This document shows, piece after piece, positions 37,677-49,935 of a stretch of 64,000 bases of DNA; within the stretch, counting starts at the first letter, position 1; the number at the start of each line of letters is the position of its first letter. Where the stretch lies: NCBI GenBank assembly GCA_020854105.1, contig JADZGB010000003.1, positions 60,573-124,572 of the forward strand, written 5' to 3'. The translations under genes were made by a program, and so were the position numbers. The notes below the pieces were generated by a model. The model made no database searches and was not told where the DNA came from. It was given only the letters and a program-made list of their open reading frames with translations. This DNA is from Burkholderiales bacterium. GTDB taxonomy: Bacteria > Pseudomonadota > Gammaproteobacteria > Burkholderiales > SHXO01.

Positions 37677-38416
37677 TCCGGCTGATCGCACTGAAGGAGC
37701 TGCGCCTGCTGTTCGCCTCGCCCCTGGCCTGGGTGGTGCTGGCCTTCCTCCAGGGATTCTTCGCCTGGGTGTTCCTGTCGCAGTTACAGAGCTGGCTGGA
37801 ATTGCAGGCGCAGATCGCCGCACAGCCGGGCGCGCCCGGGGTCACCGAGTGGGTGGTCGCGCCCCTGTTCGCCACCGCCACGATCGTGCTGCTCATGGTC
37901 GTGCCGCTGCTGTCGATGCGGATGGTGGCCGAGGAGCGGCGCGCGCAGACCCTGCCGTTCCTGATGTCGTCCCCGGTCTCGATCACGCAGATCGTGCTGG
38001 GCAAGTATCTCGCGCTGCTGCTGTTCCTGGCCCTGGCCGTGGGGCTCATCGTGATCATGGCGTTCTCGCTGTTCGCCGCCGGCCGGCTCGATCTCGGCCT
38101 GCTCGCCGCCAACGCACTCGGCCTGCTGCTCATGGGCGGCAGCTTCGCTGCCGTCGGGCTGTATCTGTCCTGCCTCACCGCCCAGCCCCTGGTGGCGGCG
38201 GTCGGCACCTTCGCCGTGCTGCTCGGCCTGTGGCTGATCAACATCTCCACGCGCGATCCCGACAGCCTGCTGCACATGCTCTCGCTCATGCGCCACTTCG
38301 AGAACTTCGCCAAGGGCATCGTCGCGCTTCCCGACCTGGCCTACTACCTGGTGCTGATCGCGCTGTTCCTGTTCCTGTCGATCCGCCGCCTGGACGGCGA
38401 CCAGCTGCGCGCATGA
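37673..38416 (+). CDS. ABC-2 type transporter permease (GldF-like)
   Basis: ATGA overlap with the ATPase stop. Six-helix protein starting MIRLIALKELRLLFASPLAWVVLAF... Confidence 0.75.
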   Translation: MIRLIALKELRLLFASPLAWVVLAFLQGFFAWVFLSQLQSWLELQAQIAAQPGAPGVTEWVVAPLFATATIVLLMVVPLLSMRMVAEERRAQTLPFLMSSPVSITQIVLGKYLALLLFLALAVGLIVIMAFSLFAAGRLDLGLLAANALGLLLMGGSFAAVGLYLSCLTAQPLVAAVGTFAVLLGLWLINISTRDPDSLLHMLSLMRHFENFAKGIVALPDLAYYLVLIALFLFLSIRRLDGDQLRA

Positions 38417-39774
38417 AGACCGGACCGCGCGTGCGCATGCAGCTGCTGGCGCAGAACGGCCTGTTCGCGGTGCTGCTGATCGCTGCCGCCCTGCTCGTCC
38501 TGTACGTGCTGCGCGACAGCGCCGTGCAGTGGGACATCACGCAGAACAAGCGCGGCAGCCTGTCCGTTGCCACGCGCGACGTGCTGCGTGCCATGGACGG
38601 GCCGATCGCCATCACCGCCTACGCCACCGTGCAGGACCCTCAACTGGGCGACGTGCGCAAGGTGGTGGCGGATTTCCTCGCCCCCTACCGCCGCATCAAG
38701 CCCGACATCACGCTGAGCTTCGTCGATCCGCGCGAGCGCCCGAAGGAGACCGCCGCCGCGAACGTGCGTGCCAACGGCGAGATGGTGATCGAGTACGGCA
38801 GGCGCAAGGAGCACCTCAGCGTGCTGAACGAGCAGAGCATGGCCAACCTGCTCATGCGGCTCGCCCGCAGCCAGGACCGGCTGGTGATGTTCGTCGACGG
38901 GCACGGCGAGCCCCGCCTGGACGGTAACGCGAACCACGACCTGGGGCAGTTCGGCCAGCAGCTGCAGGTGAAGGGGTTCACGGTCCAGGCGCTCGACCTG
39001 ACGGTCGCCCCGGAGGTTGCGCAGAACGCGGCCGTGCTGGTGCTCACCCACCCGCGCGTGGACATGCTGCCGGGCGAAGTGGACAAGCTGGTGCGTCATC
39101 TCGAGCGCGGCGGGAATCTGCTGTGGCTCATCGAGCAGGAGCCGCTGCACGGACTTCAGCCGCTGACCGAGAAGCTCGGCCTGCAGCTCGGACCGGGCAT
39201 CGTGGTCGATCCTGCGGCGGCACAACTCGGCATACAGCCCACCATCGCGCTGTCTTCCAGCTACGGTCATCATCCGATCACGCAGACGTTCACGCGCTAC
39301 AACACTGCATTCCCATTCGCACGCGCGATCGGATTCCCGGACGAAGGCTCCCCCTGGCAGGCCACCGTCCTGGTCGAGGCGGCGCAGAACGGCTGGGTGG
39401 AGACCGGATCACTGGGATCCGACGTACGTTTCGATCCGGGCAGGGACGTGCAGGGGCCTGCCGCGGTGGCAGTGGCGTTCGAGCGCGAGGCGAAGGACGG
39501 CAAGATGCAGCGCGTCGTGGTGGTCGGCGGCAGCGGATTCCTGTCGAACGCCTTCGTCGGCCTGCTGAGCAATGTCGACTTCGGCGTCAACGTGCTCAAC
39601 TGGCTGAGCGCGGACGAGAACCTCATCACCATCCAGCCGCGCGAGCGCGTTGACGCCTCGCTCGAGGTCACGCGCACGCTGCTCACCGCACTGGTGTTCG
39701 GCTTTCTGCTGCTGCTACCAGCGACCTTCCTCGCAGCGGGGGGCGCGATCTGGTGGCGGCGCCGCCGCGCCTGA
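38413..39774 (+). CDS. GldG-like ABC transporter auxiliary component
   Basis: ATGA overlap. N- and C-terminal TM anchors flank a large extracytoplasmic domain. Resembles the 'ABC-type uncharacterized transport system' (GldG) family. Confidence 0.7.
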   Translation: MKTGPRVRMQLLAQNGLFAVLLIAAALLVLYVLRDSAVQWDITQNKRGSLSVATRDVLRAMDGPIAITAYATVQDPQLGDVRKVVADFLAPYRRIKPDITLSFVDPRERPKETAAANVRANGEMVIEYGRRKEHLSVLNEQSMANLLMRLARSQDRLVMFVDGHGEPRLDGNANHDLGQFGQQLQVKGFTVQALDLTVAPEVAQNAAVLVLTHPRVDMLPGEVDKLVRHLERGGNLLWLIEQEPLHGLQPLTEKLGLQLGPGIVVDPAAAQLGIQPTIALSSSYGHHPITQTFTRYNTAFPFARAIGFPDEGSPWQATVLVEAAQNGWVETGSLGSDVRFDPGRDVQGPAAVAVAFEREAKDGKMQRVVVVGGSGFLSNAFVGLLSNVDFGVNVLNWLSADENLITIQPRERVDASLEVTRTLLTALVFGFLLLLPATFLAAGGAIWWRRRRA

Positions 39775-39779
39775 TCCGC

Positions 39780-40673
39780 ATGCGCACCGGGTGGCTGGTC
39801 AACATCGTCCTGGTGGCCGTCGTGGCCGCGCTCGCCGCATATGCGTTCTACCGAACAGGCCGGGACGACCCGCAGCGCGAGCCGATCGCCCATCTCGCTG
39901 CGAGCGTCGTGCAGCGCATCGCCATCGAGGCAAACGGCGTGCAGACGATCGAACTCGCGCGCGAGGGGGACGCCTGGTTCGTCACGCGTCCGTTGCGCGC
40001 GCGCGCCAACTCCACGCAGGTGGATCGCATCCTCGACCTGCTCGCCGTGCAGGGTCGTGAGCGCATGCCGGCGCAGGATCTGCAGCGCTTCGACCTGGGT
40101 CGCCCCACCCTGCGGGTGCGTTTCGACGAGACCGCGATCGCCTTCGGCACCATCAATCCCCTCACGCAGGACCAGTACGTCCTGGTCGGCGATGCAGTGT
40201 TCATGATTCCGAGCCACCACCGCGCAGCCATCCCGGACCGGGTCGAGCGCGTGCTCACGCACGCGCTGTTGCGCACGAACGAGAAGCCGGTGGCATTCGA
40301 GTTCGCGAACTTTTCCGTTGCGCGTGCCGACGGCAGGTGGGCGCGCAATCCGCAGCCGGCGGACGGCGCCCTGAGCCAGGACGACTTCAACCGCTGGGTG
40401 GACGAGTGGCGTTACGCCTCCAGTCTGCTCACACAGCCGGCATCCGGGAAGCTGCCAGCAGAGCGCATCGCGGTAGCGTTCGAGGACGGCCGCAGGGTGG
40501 AGTTCGGCATCGTGCAGCGCGAGCCCGAACTCGTGCTGGTGCGCGCCGACGAAGCGCTCACGTTCTACTTCTCACAGGACACGCGCGGCCGCCTGCTCGC
40601 CGGCCCGATGCCGCAGCCCTCGCCGGCCGCCACCTCGGCGGCCGTGCCGGCTGTGCCTGCCGCGCAACGCTAG
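39780..40673 (+). CDS. DUF4340-like membrane-anchored protein
   Basis: N-terminal TM (WLVNIVLVAVVAALAAYAF). 'GDAWFVTRPLRARANSTQVDRILDLL' resembles DUF4340 proteins that follow GldG homologues. Assigned from memory. Confidence 0.5.
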   Translation: MRTGWLVNIVLVAVVAALAAYAFYRTGRDDPQREPIAHLAASVVQRIAIEANGVQTIELAREGDAWFVTRPLRARANSTQVDRILDLLAVQGRERMPAQDLQRFDLGRPTLRVRFDETAIAFGTINPLTQDQYVLVGDAVFMIPSHHRAAIPDRVERVLTHALLRTNEKPVAFEFANFSVARADGRWARNPQPADGALSQDDFNRWVDEWRYASSLLTQPASGKLPAERIAVAFEDGRRVEFGIVQREPELVLVRADEALTFYFSQDTRGRLLAGPMPQPSPAATSAAVPAVPAAQR

Positions 40674-40681
40674 GGCGCGGC

Positions 40682-41497
40682 GTGCCGGAGCTGCCGGAGG
40701 TCGAGACCACGCGACGCGGCCTGGAACCCGGCCTGCTCGACCGGCGCATCGAGCAGGCGGTGGTACGGCACCGCGGCATGCGCTGGCCGGTGCGCGACGA
40801 TCTCGAGCAGCTGCTCGTGGGGCGGCGCGTGCGCCGGCTGGACCGGCGCAGCAAGTACCTGCTGATCGATTGCGAGGCGGGCTGGCTCATCCTCCACCTG
40901 GGAATGTCGGGCAGTCTGCGCCTGGTGGCGCGCGAGCACCCACCGGGCAAGCACGATCATCTGGACCTGGTGCTCGATGACGGCAACTGCCTGCGCCTGA
41001 CTGACCCCCGGCGTTTCGGGGCGGTCCTGTGGCAGGAGGGCGACCCCTGTGCACACGCGCTGCTGCGCGACCTCGGCCCCGAGCCACTCTCCGACGCGTT
41101 CGACGCGCACTGGCTGTTCGATCGCACGCGCGGGCGCATCGCACCGGTGAAGAACGTGCTGATGGACGGCCACGTCGTGGTCGGCGTCGGCAACATCTAC
41201 GCGAACGAATCGCTGTTCCGTGCCGGCATCCATCCGGCGAGCGCCGCCGGGAAGGTCTCGCTGATGCGCTATGCGCGCCTGGTGCAGGCGGTGCGCACGA
41301 CGCTGCTGCAGGCGATCGACGCCGGCGGCAGCACCTTGCGCGATTTCGTGCACGCCGACGGCAGCTCCGGCTGCTTTCAGCAGCAGTGCCTCGTCTACGG
41401 CCGGGACGGACAGCCTTGCCAGCGCTGTGGGGCCGTCATCCGCACGACGCGCATCGGACAGCGCTCCGCCTTCCACTGCCCCCGGTGCCAGCGCTAG
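40682..41497 (+). CDS. mutM: formamidopyrimidine-DNA glycosylase
   Basis: GTG start followed by PELPEVETTRRGL. C-terminal zinc finger 'CQRCGAVIRTTRIGQRSAFHCPRCQ'. Confidence 0.9.
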   Translation: MPELPEVETTRRGLEPGLLDRRIEQAVVRHRGMRWPVRDDLEQLLVGRRVRRLDRRSKYLLIDCEAGWLILHLGMSGSLRLVAREHPPGKHDHLDLVLDDGNCLRLTDPRRFGAVLWQEGDPCAHALLRDLGPEPLSDAFDAHWLFDRTRGRIAPVKNVLMDGHVVVGVGNIYANESLFRAGIHPASAAGKVSLMRYARLVQAVRTTLLQAIDAGGSTLRDFVHADGSSGCFQQQCLVYGRDGQPCQRCGAVIRTTRIGQRSAFHCPRCQR

Positions 41498-41512
41498 CCG
41501 GCGCCCGGGTGG

Positions 41513-42836
<1,324 letters not shown>

Positions 42837-42840
<4 letters not shown>

Positions 42841-44189
42841 GGCTGGGTGCGCTGGGAGGCAGCCGGGGCACCGCCCACCACCACGGTTGCCATGCGCTGA
42901 GGATCGACCCGCCGCTGGAATGCGTCGCGGATCTGGTCCAGCGTGACCCGTGCCACCTGCTCCGGATAGCGCTCGAGCCAGTCGAGCGGCAGGCGGTAGA
43001 ACCCGATCACCGCGAGATAGCCGAGGATCTTGCGGTTGCTGTCGATGCGCAGGGGAAAGCCGCCGACGATGTGCTGCTGGGCGCCGGCGAGTTCGCTCTG
43101 CGTCGGCCCCTCGTGCACGAACCGCTCGAGCGTCTCGCGCACCACGCGCAATGCCTCCTCCGCCTGGTCCTTGCGCGTCTGCAGGCCGATGGTAAAGGCG
43201 CCTTCGCGGGCGTACGGCGAGAACACGCTGTATACGCTGTAGGTCAGGCCGCGCTTCTCGCGCACTTCCGCGGTGAGACGTGAGTTGAATCCGCCGCCGC
43301 CCAGGATGTAGTTGCCTACCAGGAGCGCAAAGTAGTCGGGATCGGAACGGCGTATGCCCGGCGCGCCGAGCAGCACGTGCGCCTGCGTGGAGTCGTGTTC
43401 GATGTCGCGCCGGGCGGCCTGCTGCAGCGCCTGCACCGGCGGCAACGACGATGCCGCCTCCCCGGCGGGGAGGTCATCGGCGAGGGATTGCGCGATGTGC
43501 TGCGCCTCGTCCCTGCTCACGTCGCCGATCAGTGCGATCACCGCGCCGCCGCGCACGTAATGTCGTCGATGAAAGCGTGCCAGCCGCTCGGGCTGTAACG
43601 CCGCCACGGTCTCGACCTCGCCGGCGGCGCGCAGCGCATAGGGATGGTCTCCGAACACCAGGGGCGCGAAGGCGCGCGCGGCGATCACGTCCGGCTTGAT
43701 GTTCGCGTCGCGCAGGCTTGCGATCACACGCTCCTTCTCGCGCGTCACCACTTCCGGTGCGAACGCCGGCCGCTGCACCACCGCGGTCAGGATCTCCAGG
43801 GCCTGTGCACGCTCGCGCGCCCCGCTGAGGGTGCGCAGCGAATAGCCGGCGCGATCGACATCGAAACTGGCCGACAGCTGAGCACCGACATCGGCCAGCC
43901 GCAACGATACTTCGTCCTCGGTCATTGCCGGCGTCTGCGCAGACGCGGCGCTGCCCAGCCGCATCGTGCGCAGGGTCAGATTGGCGAGCCCGGATTCGGC
44001 CGGCGTGTCGCGTCCGGATCCGGCGGGAAACTCGATGCTCACGTCGAGGATCGGCAGCGCCCGGCTTTCCACGAATAGCACACGCGCCCCGCCCGGTGTC
44101 TGCCAGGTCTGGATCTCGAGCGCCGCGAACGCAGGCTGCGCGCACAGCGCGAACCAGGCGAGCAGCACGTACGACAAGTGCCTGCTCAT
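42837..44189 (-). CDS. M16-family peptidase, non-catalytic-type subunit (no HxxEH)
   Basis: Signal peptide and pitrilysin-fold length and composition, but no zinc motif. Overlaps the upstream M16 gene by 4 nt. Confidence 0.8.
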
Positions 44190-45544
44190 TGCCGATCCGG
44201 CGCCGGCACCGCGAGCTCGGGCTCGAGCACGGCGATGGTCATCGCCTCGCGAGAGAAAAACCGGCGCGCCACCGCCTGGACCTGCTCGGCGGTCACTTCC
44301 TGCAGCCTGCGCACCTGCACGTCGACCGATCCTGGCGGCAGACCCGCGTTGTCCAGTGCGCCCATCTGCATGGCGCGTCCGAACATGGAGTCGCGCTGGA
44401 AGACCTGCGCAGCAACTGCCTGTGCACGTGTGCGCGCCAGCTCCCCGGGGGAAATGCCCTGTTCGGCGATGCCGCGAATCTGCGCCAGAAGCGCCTCCTC
44501 CGCGCGGGCGATGTCCTGCGTACGGGCCACGGTGGCGGACAGCACGAACAGGCCCGGACCGCGGCCGACCGCGTCATAGCTGGCGTTCGCGGAAACCGCG
44601 ACGCGCTGCTCGCGCACCAGCGCACGCGGCAGGCGCGCGGCATCGTTTCCCGCGAGCACCGACGAGAGCACCCACAGTGCATAGGACTCCCAGTCGGACT
44701 CCACATCGCGCAGCACCGGCACGTGCCACCCCATCAGGATCTGCGGCAGCTCCGCCGGCGCGTGCAGGATCGTGCGCCGTTCTGCACGCTGCACCGGCTC
44801 GGTCATGTTCTTGCGCGGCGGCAGCGCCCGCACCGGAACAGGCCCGAACCAGCGGCGCGCCTCTTCCAGCACCTCGCCCGCATCCACGTCGCCGACCACC
44901 ACCAGCGTGGCGTTGGCCGGGGTGTACCAGCGCTCGTACCACTGACGGGCGTCGTCCACCGTCATGTTCTGCAGATCGCCCATCCAGCCGATCACCGGCG
45001 TCCGGTAGGGGTGGGCCTTGAAGGCGCTGGCCATGAACGTCTCGTACAGGAGCGACCTCGGCTGATCGTCGGTGCGCAGCCTGCGCTCCTCCATGACGAC
45101 GCGAATCTCCTTGGCGAACTCCTCCGCGTTCAGGACGAGATTGCGCATGCGATCGGCCTCGAGCCGCAAGGCGAGCGGCAACTTCGACTTGTGCAGCTGC
45201 TGGAAGTACGCGGTGTAGTCGCGGTTGGTGAACGCGTTGTCCCGGCCTCCCGCGCGCGCCACCATCCTGGAGAACTCGCCGGGCGGCGTGTCGGCCGTGC
45301 CCTTGAACATCATGTGCTCGAGCACATGGGCGACGCCGGTGAGGCCGTTCTGCTCGTCCATGCTGCCGGCCCGGTACCAGACCATGGACACGATCACGGG
45401 AGCCCGCCGGTCCTGCTGGACGAGCACGCGCATGCCGTTCTCGAGCGTGAACGACGCAATCGGATCGGCGGCGAGGGCGGGGAGCGAACACAACAGGAAC
45501 AGAGCGCCTGTCGCTGCGCGCTTCAGGTCACGGGTTGCTGGCAT
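44186..45544 (-). CDS. M16-family zinc peptidase
   Basis: Signal peptide, then 'GVAHVLEHMMFKGT' (HxxEH). ATG at 45544 (MPATRDLK...). Confidence 0.85.
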   Translation of the reverse strand: MPATRDLKRAATGALFLLCSLPALAADPIASFTLENGMRVLVQQDRRAPVIVSMVWYRAGSMDEQNGLTGVAHVLEHMMFKGTADTPPGEFSRMVARAGGRDNAFTNRDYTAYFQQLHKSKLPLALRLEADRMRNLVLNAEEFAKEIRVVMEERRLRTDDQPRSLLYETFMASAFKAHPYRTPVIGWMGDLQNMTVDDARQWYERWYTPANATLVVVGDVDAGEVLEEARRWFGPVPVRALPPRKNMTEPVQRAERRTILHAPAELPQILMGWHVPVLRDVESDWESYALWVLSSVLAGNDAARLPRALVREQRVAVSANASYDAVGRGPGLFVLSATVARTQDIARAEEALLAQIRGIAEQGISPGELARTRAQAVAAQVFQRDSMFGRAMQMGALDNAGLPPGSVDVQVRRLQEVTAEQVQAVARRFFSREAMTIAVLEPELAVPAPDRQ

Positions 45545-45614
45545 TGGTGCGGTTACGGGCTGGTAAACTCGAGGATGGGGCGATGCCCGGACGCAGATTA
45601 GGACACGCATCAGT

Positions 45615-46712
45615 ATGTGGGGTTTCCTCAAGGGCGACAAGAAAGACAAGGACGACAGGAAGAAGGCGGACGCGGCTGAAGACGTCGCACAGCAGCGCAC
45701 CGACGCCCCCGAGCAGGCCAGCGCCTCCGGGCCCGCACCCGAACCGACGGTCGAGCCCGCACCCGAGCCGGTAGCCGAGTCCGCGCCCGAGCCGGAGAAA
45801 AAGGGCAGATGGCTGGCCCGTCTCAAGTCCGGCCTCACCGCGACGCGCGAGAAACTCGGCACGCAGCTGGGCAGCCTGCTGGGCGCTCACGCGCACATCG
45901 ACGAGAGCCTGTACGAGGAACTCGAGACCCTGCTGCTTTCTGCCGACGTCGGCGTGGCCTCGACGCAACTGCTGCTCGAACAGACGCGCAGGCGGGTCGC
46001 GCGCGAGCGCATTTCCGATCCGGCACAGATCAAGGGCGTGCTCAAGGAGGCGCTGCTCGAACTGCTGCAGCCGGTGGCGCAGCCGCTGCAGACGCACACC
46101 CACCGTCCCTTCGTCATGCTGGTGGCCGGTGTCAACGGTTCCGGCAAGACCACCTCCATCGGCAAGCTTGCCAAGTACTTCCAGAGCGAAGGCAAGAGCG
46201 TGATGCTCGCCGCAGGCGACACCTTCCGGGCCGCCGCGGTGGAGCAGCTGCGCACGTGGGGCGAACGCAACAAGGTGCAGGTCCTCGGGCAGCAGGGCGG
46301 CGATCCCGCCGCGGTGGTGTTCGACGCGATGCAGTCGGCGCAGGCGCGAGGTGTGGACGTCCTCATCGCGGACACCGCAGGCCGGCTCCCCACGCAGCTG
46401 CATCTCATGGAAGAACTGAAGAAGGTCAGACGCGTCATCGGCCGCGTGGACGCCGCGGCACCGCACGAGATCATGCTGGTGCTGGACGCCAATACAGGCC
46501 AGAACGCGCTGACGCAGGTGAAGGCCTTCGACGAGGCCCTGGGGCTGACCGGACTCACCATCACTAAGCTGGACGGCACCGCACGCGGCGGCACCATCGC
46601 CGCGATCGCGCGCCACAAGCCGATCCCGGTGCGTTTCGTGGGCGTGGGCGAGGGCATCGACGATTTGCGGCCGTTCGATGCGCGCGAGTTCGTCGATGCG
46701 CTGTTCGACTGA
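45615..46712 (+). CDS. ftsY: signal recognition particle receptor FtsY
   Basis: Acidic/Pro-rich A-domain followed by an NG domain ('GVNGSGKTTSIGKLA', 'DTAGRL', 'TKLDGTARGG'). Confidence 0.9.
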   Translation: MWGFLKGDKKDKDDRKKADAAEDVAQQRTDAPEQASASGPAPEPTVEPAPEPVAESAPEPEKKGRWLARLKSGLTATREKLGTQLGSLLGAHAHIDESLYEELETLLLSADVGVASTQLLLEQTRRRVARERISDPAQIKGVLKEALLELLQPVAQPLQTHTHRPFVMLVAGVNGSGKTTSIGKLAKYFQSEGKSVMLAAGDTFRAAAVEQLRTWGERNKVQVLGQQGGDPAAVVFDAMQSAQARGVDVLIADTAGRLPTQLHLMEELKKVRRVIGRVDAAAPHEIMLVLDANTGQNALTQVKAFDEALGLTGLTITKLDGTARGGTIAAIARHKPIPVRFVGVGEGIDDLRPFDAREFVDALFD

Positions 46713-46754
46713 GGGACAGCCCCGGCCACACCGGCTGCGGCATCCGAAGCGGGA

Positions 46755-47426
46755 ATGCTGACGCTCAGCCACGTCTGCAAGCGCTACCCGGGCGGGATCG
46801 AGGCGCTGCGCGATGTGTCGCTCGCCATCGAACGCGGGCAACTGGTGCTCGTGGAGGGAGATTCGGGCGCCGGAAAGAGCACGCTGCTCAGGCTGCTCGG
46901 CGCGATCGAACTGCCGAGTTCGGGCAGCGTGCTGGTCGATGGCCAGAATACGCGCGCGCTCGGTAGGCGTGCGCTGGCGGCGCTGCGCCGCCAGTTCGGC
47001 GTGATCTTTCAGGACCAGAAGCTCCTGTTCGACCGCAGCGCCTTCGAGAACGTCATGCTGCCGCTGGACATCGGCGGGTTCGAGCGGCGCGAGGCGCAGC
47101 GCCGTGCGCGTGCCGCCCTGGACAAGGTCGGCCTTTTGCACAAGGAAAAGGCGCTGCCCGTGGCGCTGTCGGGTGGCGAGCAGCAGCGCCTGTGCATTGC
47201 GCGCGCCATCGTGCACCGGCCACGCGTGATCGTGGCGGACGAACCGACCGGCAATCTGGACGAGACACACGCGCAACGCGTCCTCGAGATGCTCGATTCG
47301 TTCAACGCACTGGGGGTGACCATGATCGTGTCCACGCACGATCGCATGGCGCGCGAGCGCCTGGACGGCCGCCGCATCCGGCTGCAAGCCGGCACGCTGT
47401 CCGAAGCGTCCGCTGCCGTCGCATGA
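46755..47426 (+). CDS. ftsE: cell division ATP-binding protein FtsE
   Basis: 'GDSGAGKSTLL', 'LSGGEQQRLCIARA' and 'VADEPTGNLD'. Confidence 0.9.
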   Translation: MLTLSHVCKRYPGGIEALRDVSLAIERGQLVLVEGDSGAGKSTLLRLLGAIELPSSGSVLVDGQNTRALGRRALAALRRQFGVIFQDQKLLFDRSAFENVMLPLDIGGFERREAQRRARAALDKVGLLHKEKALPVALSGGEQQRLCIARAIVHRPRVIVADEPTGNLDETHAQRVLEMLDSFNALGVTMIVSTHDRMARERLDGRRIRLQAGTLSEASAAVA

Positions 47427-48331
47427 AGGCATGGCTGCTCGCGCACCTGCGGGCATTCTCCGATGCCTGGCGGCGGCTGGCCGCCCAGCCGCTCGCCGCC
47501 GGCCTCAGCGTGCTGGTGATCGGCATCGCGCTCACCCTGCCGCTGGCCCTTGCCCAGATGCTGGTGCAGACACAGAGGTTCGCGGAACGCTTCACCGGCA
47601 GCCCCCAGGTCAGCCTGTTCCTCGCGATGGACGTGGCGGCCGATCAGCGCCAGGCGCTGGAGACCGCACTGCGCGCGCATCCAGGCGCGAAGAGCGTGCG
47701 CTTCGTGGGGCGCGATGCCGCGCTGGCGGATCTGGCCAAGAGCGCCGGCCTGGGAGACGTTGCGCAGGCGCTGCCGGCGAATCCGCTGCCGGACGCCTTC
47801 GTGGTGGACGTGCGGGGAACCTCCGCCGCCACACTGGAGCAGCTGCGCCGCGATGCGGCGGCACTGCCGGGCGTCGAGCACGTGCAGTCCGACCACGAGT
47901 GGGCACGACGGCTGGATGCGCTGGTCAGCCTGGCGCGCAGCGCCGTGCTGGCAGTGGCGGTCCTGCTCGCGGCCGGTCTGGTGGCAATCACCTTCAACAC
48001 CATCCGGCTACAGATTCTGGGCCGGCGCGCCGAGATCGAGTTGGCACAGCTGATCGGGGCCACCGACGGATTCGTGCGCAGGCCTTTCGTGTACTTCGGC
48101 CTGCTACAGGGATTGCTGGGGGCCCTGGTGGCGTGGATCCTGGTGGCGGCGATTGCCGCGGCCCTGGATCGGGAACTGGCCGTGCTGAACCGCCTGTATG
48201 GTTCGGCGCTTCACTTCGGCCTGCCCGCGCCGCTCACGGTGGCCGGACTGTCCGGGCTGTGCGCGCTGCTGGGCGCGCTCGGCGCGGCACTTTCGGTGCA
48301 GGACTACCTGCGCCGAGGTCTATCCAAATAG
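47423..48331 (+). CDS. ftsX: cell division permease-like protein FtsX
   Basis: ATGA overlap with ftsE. Four TM helices and a periplasmic loop, in the ftsYEX context. Confidence 0.85.
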   Translation: MKAWLLAHLRAFSDAWRRLAAQPLAAGLSVLVIGIALTLPLALAQMLVQTQRFAERFTGSPQVSLFLAMDVAADQRQALETALRAHPGAKSVRFVGRDAALADLAKSAGLGDVAQALPANPLPDAFVVDVRGTSAATLEQLRRDAAALPGVEHVQSDHEWARRLDALVSLARSAVLAVAVLLAAGLVAITFNTIRLQILGRRAEIELAQLIGATDGFVRRPFVYFGLLQGLLGALVAWILVAAIAAALDRELAVLNRLYGSALHFGLPAPLTVAGLSGLCALLGALGAALSVQDYLRRGLSK

Positions 48332-48353
48332 CCGAGCAAATCGCTCGGACTCA

Positions 48354-48382
48354 GGAACGAATCGGCGTCATTGGCACTCTCA
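48354..48382 (+). promoter_or_regulatory. candidate sigma-E-type promoter upstream of rpoH
   Basis: GGAACGAA-N16-TCTCA resembles the GGAACTT-N16-TCNNA consensus. E. coli rpoH has a sigma-E promoter. A strong AAGGAGG RBS lies at 48410-48416. Confidence 0.25.
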
Positions 48383-48422
48383 TGCTCTGAGTGCTAAGAT
48401 TGTTCTATTAAGGAGGCTTTCA

Positions 48423-49277
<855 letters not shown>

Positions 49278-49299
49278 GGGGCGCCGTCCCGAAGTCGAG

Positions 49300-49326
49300 A
49301 AAGCCGCCCGCGGGCGGCTTTTTTTC
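49300..49326. terminator. bidirectional rho-independent terminator
   Basis: AAGCCGCCC-GCG-GGGCGGCTT followed by TTTTT. Located between the convergent rpoH and SCO1 genes. Confidence 0.7.
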
Positions 49327-49338
49327 CGGCCGCTGACT

Positions 49339-49932
49339 CTATGCGGAAGTGACCAGCAATTGCTCGATGTCGTGTACGTACACGTCCGCGCCCTTGCCGT
49401 AGGGAACCAGCAGGCGGATGCGTCCCTGCGGATCGAACACGAAGGTCCCGGAGGAGTGATCCACCGAGTAGCTGTCGGGCGTGCCGCCCTCGCTCTTCTG
49501 ATAGAAGACCTTGAACTCCTTCGCGGTCTGTGCAATCTGCTCCGGCGTACCGGTCAAACCGACGAAGGACGGATCGAGCGCAGTTACGTACTCCTTCAGG
49601 ACCTCGGGCGTGTCGCGCTCCGGATCCACAGTGATCATGGCGACCTGGACCTGTTCCCCCTGCGCGCCGAGCTTCCTGCGCGCCTGCGCCAGATCACCCA
49701 GCGTCGTCGGGCACACGTCAGGGCAATGGGTGAAGCCGAAGAACACGACCAGGACCTTGCCGCGGAAATCCTCCAGGGATCGGGCGCGGCCCTCGTGATC
49801 GACCAGCTGGAACGAACGTGCCAGCTCGGCTCCGGTGATGTCGGTCGACTGGAAGCTCGGGCTGGACGAAGGCGCTCCGCATCCGCCCAGCAGGCAGAGC
49901 GCGGTCACCAAGGAGAAGACGGCGCGCATCAC
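49339..49932 (-). CDS. SCO1/SenC copper chaperone lipoprotein
   Basis: Lipobox 'LLGGC' and the thioredoxin-fold copper motif 'FTHCPDVCPTT'. Confidence 0.85.
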   Translation of the reverse strand: MMRAVFSLVTALCLLGGCGAPSSSPSFQSTDITGAELARSFQLVDHEGRARSLEDFRGKVLVVFFGFTHCPDVCPTTLGDLAQARRKLGAQGEQVQVAMITVDPERDTPEVLKEYVTALDPSFVGLTGTPEQIAQTAKEFKVFYQKSEGGTPDSYSVDHSSGTFVFDPQGRIRLLVPYGKGADVYVHDIEQLLVTSA

Positions 49933-49935
49933 GAC

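Noticed and set aside
45615-45830. Periodic EPAPEP-type nucleotide/peptide repeats at the ftsY 5' end, and similar K/E/R/A periodicity in tolA (16800-17300)
   Set aside because: Both are the expected low-complexity A-domain of FtsY and domain II of TolA, not independent repeat elements.
48372-48386. TGGCAC-N5-TGCT sigma-54 look-alike upstream of rpoH
   Set aside because: The GC of the -12 element is one nucleotide too close to the GG of the -24 element relative to the consensus, so it is probably fortuitous.
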